From contig OZ243961.1 of assembly GCA_965214605.1 (NCBI GenBank), forward strand, positions 3,904,001 through 3,968,000: DNA of 64,000 nucleotides. The letters run 5' to 3'. Of the stretch, positions 10,933 to 18,753 are shown piece after piece. Position numbers and translations under genes: made by a program. The notes beneath the pieces are model-generated. The model saw only the letters and a list, made by a program, of their open reading frames with translations. It had not been told where the DNA came from and made no database searches. The DNA comes from an uncultured Candidatus Binatia bacterium. GTDB taxonomy: Bacteria > Desulfobacterota > Binatia > Bin18. How positions within the stretch are numbered: position 1 is the first letter of the stretch; each line of letters begins with the position of its first letter.

Positions 10933-11044
10933 AAAATCTACGTCGATTTTATTCTTTTGAGGCCATGAAACCAGTGAGAGGCGGTTTGGCCATAAAGGCG
11001 TCCCAGAACGAGGTGTTCCGCTAGGAGGGATGCAAATAGGGGCC

Positions 11045-11227
11045 GACCCACTGAAAATCGGCAAAGCCGGCTTCTTGAAAGCTCTGTCGCTTCCGGCGGC
11101 GGCTCTACCGGCGTCGGGACCCACTGAAAATCGGCAAAGCCGGCTTCTTGAAAGCTCTGTCGCTTCCGGCGGCGGCTCTACCGGCGTCGGGACCCACTGA
11201 AAATCGGCAAAGCCGGCTTCTTGAAAG
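11045..11227. repeat. 73-bp tandem repeat, about 2.5 copies
   Basis: GACCCACTGAAAATCGGCAAAGCCGG... starts at 11045, 11118 and 11191. Confidence 0.95.
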
Positions 11228-11807
11228 GCTTCCCGACAGGTCTCCGGTGTCAGAAAAAAGTTCTTGAACTCAAACTGCCGCCCGTCTTCGTTAGTAAACC
11301 TGTAGATAATGGCGATCCCTTCTGTGAGGGGACGGGCGCAGGTTCTTTCAAAGCTGTACTGTCCCCAGGAGTCGGTTTCAGCAGGTGGAAGCCGGATATT
11401 ATCGTTGAAGCCGACAAATCGCCCTCCGGGTCGCAAGGCCTGGGAGACGACTAAGCAGAAGCGGAGGAGTTCGCCCCTGGTCTTAGCGTAATTCAGCAGA
11501 TACAGGGCCACCGCCACATGCTTGGGAGAGTTCCAGCTCTGCCACATCCTGATTGAGATAGGTGCAGCCGAGCGGGTGGCTCCGCTCTTCTTTCTCTGCC
11601 AGCCGGATCATTTCCGATGACGTGCGCGGCCCCGGCCTGCTTGAGTTTGCGGGTATAAAACCCCTTGCCGTAAGCTAGGTTCAACACCTGCTTGTCCCGA
11701 ATATCTCCCAGCGTCTCGAACAAGGTATATTCTTCAATATATTTGCGCCACGGATGGTGTTTGGAGTCTCTGTAGGCCGTAGCAATGAAATCGTACTCGT
11801 GACTCAT
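11045..11807 (-). pseudogene. class I SAM-dependent methyltransferase pseudogene
   Basis: N-half (VLNLAYGKGFYTR) and C-half (YLLNYA...LRPGGRFV) lie in different frames; decayed motif I; 3' tandem duplication. Confidence 0.75.
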
Positions 11808-11900
11808 GGGGAGATGCTCCCGGGCAAAAGACTCTTTTTTCCGATATGTCCCTACTTGGTGCCGGTGCTGCTGGAAAGTGTCTTGGGCGGCGCGGCGCCA

Positions 11901-12359
11901 CTACTCTTCAAGGAGCTCATCTAGCTGGACTAGGATGCCGTCCGGGTCACACAGAAAGGCACTGTGAAACGTGCCGTCCGCAGTCTTGGCCTTGCTGGGT
12001 GGCACCACAAACTCGGCCCCTTTGGCTTTTAGTTCCTCATACACGCCCGGCAGGTCTTCGACCCAAAACGCAAAATGATGCACGCCGATCTGATCGAGCT
12101 TGATCGGCTCGCCGCTGACCGGCTTATCGGAGTGCTCTGACAGGACGAGAAACGCCTCGTCTTTCCCACGTTTCCAGTACAGGGTAGCCACCCGGCGCTG
12201 ATCGTGAGGGTCTTTATACAGGGCTGGCAACACCGTTCCCTGGGTGGGCTGGATTTCGTCTCGGATGACCTCAAAACCGAGCAAGTCACGATAGAAGGTC
12301 AGGGATTTGTCCATATCTCGAACGCCAACCGCAATGTGTGAGACGCCTTTGGTTCTCAT
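11901..12359 (-). CDS. VOC/glyoxalase family protein
   Basis: SHIAVGVRD...FYRDLLG, HHFAF, DPDGILVQL; CAGGAGG RBS. Confidence 0.88.
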   Translation of the reverse strand: MRTKGVSHIAVGVRDMDKSLTFYRDLLGFEVIRDEIQPTQGTVLPALYKDPHDQRRVATLYWKRGKDEAFLVLSEHSDKPVSGEPIKLDQIGVHHFAFWVEDLPGVYEELKAKGAEFVVPPSKAKTADGTFHSAFLCDPDGILVQLDELLEE

Positions 12360-12485
12360 ATGTATTTCCTCCTGCCTTCTTGTCTGCCACCTGGAGGCCA
12401 AAGTCAAGCGAGACGAGGTGCCCCAAGACTTTACAAGCTGGCCGCGAGCTGGAACAGTGACCGAAAGCTTAGGAGGAATACTGCG

Positions 12486-14276
12486 GTGGCGAGCACCGGA
12501 CGACACGCTGAGGGAATCAGCTGGAATTTAGACGATTTGTACCAGGGTCCGGACGATCCGCGCCTGGAGGCGGACCTGGCTGAAGCAAAACGCCGGGCCC
12601 AGGCATTTGTCCGTTCCTATCGAGGCAAAATCGCGACGGCTCAGCTCGACGGACCCGGCTTGGCCGCCGCGCTGGTCGAGTATGAGGCACTGTCGGCACT
12701 CGAATCCCGCCCATCGTTCTACGCCTCCTTGTTGTTTGCCGCGGATACTCAGAATCAGAGGGCTCAGCAGCTCGTCCAGCGCACCCGCGAGGCGGCTACA
12801 GAGACCGGCAATCTAACCGTTTTTTTCAATCTTGAACTGATCGCCCTTGACAACAAACGGCTGGCGCGGCTGCTGACTAGCCCGGAGCTGGCTGCGTATC
12901 GGCACTATATTGAAGCCCTGCGTCGCTTTAAGCCGTATACCCTGAGCGAAAAAGAAGAGCAGCTGCTGAATCAGAAGAAGCTGTCCGGCCAGAGCGCCTT
13001 TGTCCAGCTGTTTGGCGAACTCAGCGGCTCGCTGCGTTTTGAGCTAGAGCTGGACGGCGAACGGCAGGAGTTGACAGACGGAGAAGTCCTGGCCCTGCTG
13101 CGCAACCCAGACGCGGCGATCCGCCGCCGCGCCCTCACAACTTTTCTGGAAACCTATGCCGAGCACGGCCTCGTGCTGACGTCGATATTCAATAACCTCC
13201 TGCTCGACCACAAGATTGAGTGTGATATCCGCCACTATGATGATGTGGTTATGCCGACCCATCTGGCCAACGAGATCGCGCCGACCACGTTTGAAGCGAT
13301 GATGCGGGCGGTCGAGCAACACTACCCGCTGGCCCAAGAATACTTTCGACTCAAGGCTCGCCTGCTGGACTTGGAGCGTTTGAGCTATAGCGACGTCTAT
13401 GCCCCGCTTGAAACCACGGCCGAGACTATTCCGTTTTCTGCCGCACAAGAACTTATTGTGACTGCCTTTGGCCAGGCGGATGAGCGGTTTGCGGTGCTGG
13501 CCTCGGATTTTTTTCACAATCGCTGGATTGACGCCGAGGTGCGGGCTGGCAAGCGCGTCGGGGCTTTTTGTGCCGCCCTGTCACCCCAACATCACCCGTA
13601 TATTCTGTGTAGCTACACAGGGACAAGCCGCGATGTCGCAACTGTAGCCCACGAGTTGGGCCATGGGATTCACTACTCCTTAGCCCGACGCAACAGCCTG
13701 CTGAACTACGACGCGCCGCTGGTACTGGCCGAGACCGCTTCGGTGTTTGCCGAAATCGTGCTGACCCAACATCTGCTGGCCCAAGCTCGCGACCCGGCGG
13801 CTCGACGGGCAATCCTGTGTGACACACTTGAAGATATGTATGGTACGGTGTTTCGTCAGACCGCACTGACCCGGTTTGAGATCGAGGCCCACGCCCAACG
13901 CCCGAAAGGCGTGCTCAGCGCCGAAGATCTCGGGCGGCTGTGGTGGCAGGAGCAGGAAAAATTATTCGCCGACAGCGTTGAACTCCCACCGGTCTACCGC
14001 TGGGGCTGGTCGTATATTCCGCATTTTATCCATAGCCGCTTTTACTGCTACTCATATTCGTTTGGAGAGTTGCTGACGCTGGCCCTGTTTCAGCGTTACG
14101 TTGATGAGGGACCGACGTTTATGCCGGCCTATCTTCAGCTACTCGAAAGCGGTGGCTCGCAACGGCCCGAACACGCCCTGGCCCAGCTCGGCATAGATAT
14201 TAACCGACCAGAGTTCTGGGAACAGGGGTTTGAGGTTATCCGGGGCTTCTTGAGCGATTTACAGGAGATCGTGTGA
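12486..14276 (+). CDS. M3 family oligoendopeptidase (PepF-like)
   Basis: WNLDDLY, HELGH zinc motif, AETAS, HF..FYCYSY; AGGAGG RBS before GTG 12486. Confidence 0.92.
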   Translation: MASTGRHAEGISWNLDDLYQGPDDPRLEADLAEAKRRAQAFVRSYRGKIATAQLDGPGLAAALVEYEALSALESRPSFYASLLFAADTQNQRAQQLVQRTREAATETGNLTVFFNLELIALDNKRLARLLTSPELAAYRHYIEALRRFKPYTLSEKEEQLLNQKKLSGQSAFVQLFGELSGSLRFELELDGERQELTDGEVLALLRNPDAAIRRRALTTFLETYAEHGLVLTSIFNNLLLDHKIECDIRHYDDVVMPTHLANEIAPTTFEAMMRAVEQHYPLAQEYFRLKARLLDLERLSYSDVYAPLETTAETIPFSAAQELIVTAFGQADERFAVLASDFFHNRWIDAEVRAGKRVGAFCAALSPQHHPYILCSYTGTSRDVATVAHELGHGIHYSLARRNSLLNYDAPLVLAETASVFAEIVLTQHLLAQARDPAARRAILCDTLEDMYGTVFRQTALTRFEIEAHAQRPKGVLSAEDLGRLWWQEQEKLFADSVELPPVYRWGWSYIPHFIHSRFYCYSYSFGELLTLALFQRYVDEGPTFMPAYLQLLESGGSQRPEHALAQLGIDINRPEFWEQGFEVIRGFLSDLQEIV

Positions 14277-14279
14277 GTC

Positions 14280-14882
14280 ATGTACGCGCGTGTTATTCCA
14301 CTGCGATTCAAGCCGAACTATATAGACGATTTTTTGACCGTGTACCAAAAAGTCGCTGTTCCCGACCTGCTCCAACGTCGGGGGTTGGGCGGAGCCTTGG
14401 TGTTGACAGATGTTGAGTCGCAGCGAGGTCTGCTACTCTCGCTGTGGGAACAGGGGGACGACCTGCGGCACTCGCAGCCGCACAGCTAGCGCATCCTGTC
14501 AGCCATGCTGCTACCCTTTCTGGCCCAGCCGCCGACGCCTGTCTCCTATGAAGTGTGTGTCCACGCCGGCCACCATATCGGCGGACGGGCGGCACGGACG
14601 CTGAGCCTGCCGATAGCCGGCGAAAAGCTTGAGCAGGCCCTGACGGTTTATACCGAATCGCTGTTACCCGAACTAAAACAACAGGACGGTCTCCAGGGCG
14701 TGTTTTGGTTTGCTGACCGGCAGACCGGCAGCGGACTTGGCCTGACTCTGTGGTCCTCGTCCGAAGCGATGCGAGCGGCTGATGAGCCGGGCGCATTTTT
14801 TCCGCGTGCCGCACAAACCTTAGCCGAATTTTTTCAGGCCCCGCCGGCGCGGGGCTATTATGCGGTCAGCAGCCAGCTGTAA
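14280..14882 (+). pseudogene. tandem ABM-domain protein interrupted by an in-frame TAG (14487-14489)
   Basis: ORFs 14280-14489 and 14505-14882 share a frame; both halves look like antibiotic-biosynthesis-monooxygenase-type domains. Confidence 0.65.
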
Positions 14883-14926
14883 GATGCCGCGCGGCTTGCG
14901 CTCCCGCAGGCCTGTTCTCCGTCATC

Positions 14927-15394
14927 CTATAAAAACGGCTTCTTCTCCCAGCCCTGCTCATACGGCGTCCAAAAACTGGGAGTGACATTGAGGTGCTGAA
15001 ACTTCCACTCGCCGTTCACTCTCACATACGCCTCAGTATATGTTGCCGCTCCCCAAACCGCCTGCGTATTCTTGGCATAGGTGCAGGCCTGGAACAGACA
15101 CCAGTTGCCGGCGGCCGTCTCACCGTGCACCTCAATACGCGGATTCATGACATAATGGAGGGCAAAGGGGAGCTGTTTTGTGGCGCCGGAGAAGAACTTG
15201 CGGATTGCCGCCTGTCCTTCACATTTGCCGAACACATCCCCACCATCCCACACTCCATCTTCGACAAACAGACCGGCGATACCGTCTGGATCATAGCCGT
15301 CGTCACAAAAAGCGCAGTAGCGGGCTTTGAGGCGTTTGATCGCTTCGATATCTTCGAGGACCTGTAACCGTTGGGATAATGCTTCGAGATTCAT
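14927..15394 (-). CDS. SnoaL/NTF2-like protein (paralog of 783-1253)
   Basis: LEDIEAIKRLKARYC...HYVMNP...LFQACT, clearly homologous to the first copy. Confidence 0.88.
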   Translation of the reverse strand: MNLEALSQRLQVLEDIEAIKRLKARYCAFCDDGYDPDGIAGLFVEDGVWDGGDVFGKCEGQAAIRKFFSGATKQLPFALHYVMNPRIEVHGETAAGNWCLFQACTYAKNTQAVWGAATYTEAYVRVNGEWKFQHLNVTPSFWTPYEQGWEKKPFL

Positions 15395-15432
15395 GATGGT
15401 TCGATTAGTCTAGGGCTGCCGGATTGTCAAGC

Positions 15433-15461
15433 GAGAGACGGCTCAGATTGGGCCGTCTCTC
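15433..15461. terminator. 10-bp stem hairpin closing the mini-array
   Basis: GAGAGACGGC-9nt-GCCGTCTCTC; no clear U-tract. Confidence 0.5.
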
Positions 15462-15553
15462 CTCGTTGCTTTCCTCTCGACTCAGCGGGCACAATCCGAC
15501 CATCGCGCGTGGGCAGGTTTCAATCTCCTACGGAGCGTTGGCTTCATTTCGGA
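15452..15553 (-). CRISPR. detached one-spacer mini-array of the I-D repeat family
   Basis: 15517-15553 matches the main repeat at 32/37; 35-nt spacer 15482-15516; highly degenerate second repeat ending at 15481; leader motif at 15562-15578. Confidence 0.8.
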
Positions 15554-15680
15554 GCTCCGCAGCATTTTTCTTGTAAAAAGCAAGCCTGTTCCCTCTGCCG
15601 CTAGGCGATGTTCCGGGAAGAAAGGGCTCATTTTAAACGAGTTTCTATCCCCTCTTCTGCCTGTTGCGGGACAAGGCGAC

Positions 15681-15784
15681 ATGATGAGTGAGGCGAGGAA
15701 CTCGGTCAATTAGAAAAAAGGGATCCTGAGGGGAAAATCAGGCTCAGTCTCAACCTAGAGAGACTGAGCCTCGAAAAAAAGAGA
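15681..15784 (-). promoter_or_regulatory. second copy of the WYL promoter and palindrome
   Basis: TTGACC-17-CATCAT on minus strand; AGGCTCAGTCTC-N8-GAGACTGAGCCT at 15740-15771; homologous to 35731-35834. Confidence 0.8.
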
Positions 15785-15891
15785 TGGAGCGAACTTTTTC
15801 GCTATGGTGGCTACTGTCCGCTTTCTTAATCAGTTCACTACAGGATAGGGGTGCTTAGATAGTAGAAAGAGAACCCTCTTTCTAAGGAGCG

Positions 15892-16266
15892 GTGAGTCTG
15901 GAGGCCCGGCCCGGCAGGTCGCTCCTGTTCGCCGTCTATCCGGGCACCGAGCTGTCGAGTCCTGACCACTACATCCTATTCTACATCGGTAACGAGCCGC
16001 TGTCGTCCTGGCTGTTCCAGCCGGTGATCGTCAACGCCTGGTCGGGAGAGATGATCGCGGCGCCCGACATGCCCTGGTACATCACCATGCTGCTGCTCTC
16101 GCAGCCGCTGCACTTGGGGGACTACGGCGGGATCGGTCTCAAGATCGCGTGGGCGCTGCTCGACGTTGGCATGATCATCGTGCTGTGGAGCGGGCTCATG
16201 CTGTGGTGGCGGAAGTGCTCGAAGATACCCGAGATCGATCTCGGGCCCACCGGGGCGCCAGCATGA
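15892..16266 (+). pseudogene. C-terminal fragment of a PepSY-associated TM helix protein
   Basis: LSQPLHLGDYGGIGLKIAWALLD...WSGLMLW motif; N-terminal part absent. Confidence 0.75.
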
Positions 16267-16430
16267 ACGCCGCCACCTTGCGGCGCCTCTAGGCCTGGCC
16301 GCTCGCCATAGGAGCGGGCCTTGATTTCGGATTGGTCTGCGCACTGGTGGCGGATGGTTTCTGGGACGTCACCGGGGCGCTCTGTCTGGGCGCGCCAGCC
16401 GCGTTCTGTCTCTGGCTGACGGCCCGGGAA
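16263..16430 (+). pseudogene. small membrane protein remnant with in-frame TAG
   Basis: MNAATLRRL*AWPLAIG...GLVCALVADGFWD, resembling the small ORF that usually follows such PepSY genes. Confidence 0.5.
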
Positions 16431-16519
16431 ACACGCGGCGGAGTCGGCCCTGAGCGAAGTCTCTCCTGGACGGATGACCGACGGCTATCTCCAGGATGGC
16501 CGGTGACATGGAGCACGTA

Positions 16520-17410
16520 ATGAACAACGGCATCGAAGGTTTGCAGGTCACGAAACTGACGAAGACGTACCTGGGCGGCATCCGCGCTCTCGACGCCGTC
16601 GACCTGACGGTCGGCCTGGGCCTCTACGGCCTGCTAGGCCCCAACGGCGCGGGCAAGAGCACCTTGATGCGGACCCTAGCCACGCTGCAGCAGCCCGACA
16701 ACGGCTCGATCACGCTGGACGGAGTGGACGCGCTCGCCGACCCCGACTACGTGCGCCGGCGGCTGGGCTACCTGACGCAGCAGATCGGCACCTATCCGAC
16801 CGTCACCGGACGGCAGCTCCTGGAACCGTTCGCCTGGCTCAAGGGCCGGACCGACGCGGCGGAACGCCGGCGGGCGGTCGCCGAGCTCCTCGAGCGGGTG
16901 AACCTGTGGGCGGACGCGGATCGCGCCGTCTCCACCTACTCCGGGGGCATGCTGCGCCGGTTCGGCATCGCCCTGGCCGGCAACCCGCGGCTGCTCATCG
17001 TCGACGAGCCCACCGCCGGTCTCGACCCCGCCGAACGCAGCCGCTTCCACCGCGTGCTAGCCGACAGCGCTGCCGACAACATCGTGCTGCTGTCGACCCA
17101 TATCGTCGACGACATCGAGAGCCTGTGCGAGCGGCTGTCCATCCTCGCGGGCGGGCGGATCGTCGCCGAAGGAACGCCGGTTGCCCTGACCGCACCGCTC
17201 GAAGGCCGCCTCTGGTCGCGCGTGGTGCCGTGCGGCGAGCCGCTGCCGGACGCTGTGCTGCACGTTTCGGCGACGCCAGCGGGCTCGCTCGTCGTCGAGG
17301 CGGCCTCGACCCCAGGGGAGATCTGGGTGCCCCACGCGCCGAGACTGGAGGACGTCTACCACGCGGCGATCGCCCGCGCCGGGTTCCGGGACGAGGAGGC
17401 GGTGGCGTGA
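16520..17410 (+). CDS. ABC transporter ATP-binding protein (permease partner missing)
   Basis: GPNGAGKST, YSGGM, IVDEPTAGLD, STH. Confidence 0.85.
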   Translation: MNNGIEGLQVTKLTKTYLGGIRALDAVDLTVGLGLYGLLGPNGAGKSTLMRTLATLQQPDNGSITLDGVDALADPDYVRRRLGYLTQQIGTYPTVTGRQLLEPFAWLKGRTDAAERRRAVAELLERVNLWADADRAVSTYSGGMLRRFGIALAGNPRLLIVDEPTAGLDPAERSRFHRVLADSAADNIVLLSTHIVDDIESLCERLSILAGGRIVAEGTPVALTAPLEGRLWSRVVPCGEPLPDAVLHVSATPAGSLVVEAASTPGEIWVPHAPRLEDVYHAAIARAGFRDEEAVA

Positions 17411-17608
17411 CGATGCTGCGTTTCGTGGCCGCGGAAGGGAAGCGTGGTACGAGTTCCGCGCCGGTTGCCGGGGGCCGCGCGGCACCGTGGCCGCGCTCCA
17501 CGGACCGTAGCGCGTGCGCGATGCGGACGGGGTCCTCGACGACGTGACAGCGATGCACGCCTGCGTCACCGCGCCCCGCGGCCGCGCGCCATCGGTCCGC
17601 AGGGTGCT

Positions 17609-17698
17609 GCAGGCCCCGCGCGAGCGTGGAGAAACCCCGCGTACTTTTTAGAGAAAATCAACCGCAACAGCAGGCCCCGCGCGAGCGTGGAGAAACTG
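17609..17698 (+). CRISPR. orphan type I-E/IV-like mini-array (2 repeats, one 32-nt spacer)
   Basis: GCAGGCCCCGCGCGAGCGTGGAGAAAC identical at 17609 and 17670; 61-bp period. Confidence 0.55.
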
Positions 17699-18753
17699 CC
17701 CTCTATGGCGATGTGCTCTGGCTGCCCGAGCATGAGGGATGGGACATCGCGAGAGAGGCTTTCGGCCGCTGGCAGCGCCGCGCGACGATCGCGGCCGCGC
17801 TGGCGGCACGCCTGCTGGCGGACGGAGCCAACCTGCGGAAGAAGCCCGGCAAAGGCTGGCTGCGCGTCGGCGTACCCGGCTGGGTCGGGCTGGAGTGCGT
17901 CCGGCAGGGGGACGGCGTAGCATGGCTAGCGCTACAGGCGCGCCAGTGACCAGGTCATCGAAGCACTCGGCGCACTGAACGCTCCCGCCGTCGGCGTGGC
18001 CGCGGCGGGCGACGTGCCGTGGGTGCGGGAGTACACGCCCTTGGCAACGGTCGCTTGGGCAGAGTCGGTTGGGTCGGCCGCCGCCGACGCGGTTGGCGTG
18101 ATGGTCGAGCGGATGCGAGCAGGCGTCCCGCTGGCCGACGCCCTGGTAGAGGCCATCGGCACCGGTACCGCCGCGGCGCTTCTCGGACCGCTGGAGTCGT
18201 CGGACGTCCTGGTCGGGCAGGCGGAGCAGACCCTCAACAGTGGCGGCCAGCGATGGCTCTGGCGCGGCGGCGGCTGGAGCCGGTCGCCGCGACCATTCAC
18301 GTGATGCAGCGGTTCGACGACGACAGCGGCAGCCGGCGGCGGATCGGCCCGGTGCCGACGACGGTCGCCCCCGGCGCGCCGTTCACGTTGACCGACGCCT
18401 GGCCGTCGTTCGAACGGACGCCGATCGACAACCTCTGGCAGGGCCCCAGCGACGATTGACGCCCGCTGTCCGCGGAGAGTTCATGAATAACGGAGGAATC
18501 GCCTGGGTTCGCGCGGAGTCCGGTAAGTTGTGTGTAATGCGTTAGCCCGGAGATTCAAGTACCATGGGAACGGGGTTGGCCTCGTTCGGTTCTCCAGGTC
18601 CTTTGGCATAATCTCCGATCCTGCCGCTTTAACCAAGCGATTCTTCAGATATTCCATCTCTATTTTGTTATTAGCGAACAGACCGAAGACGAACCGAAGC
18701 GTCAGCCTCTGTTCTATCTCAAGAGTGTCAGGTATATAGACCGCCGTATAAAG

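Noticed and set aside
11045-11227. 73-bp periodicity similar to the CRISPR unit length
   Set aside because: Whole units are identical and derive from the methyltransferase 3' end; a tandem duplication, not an array.
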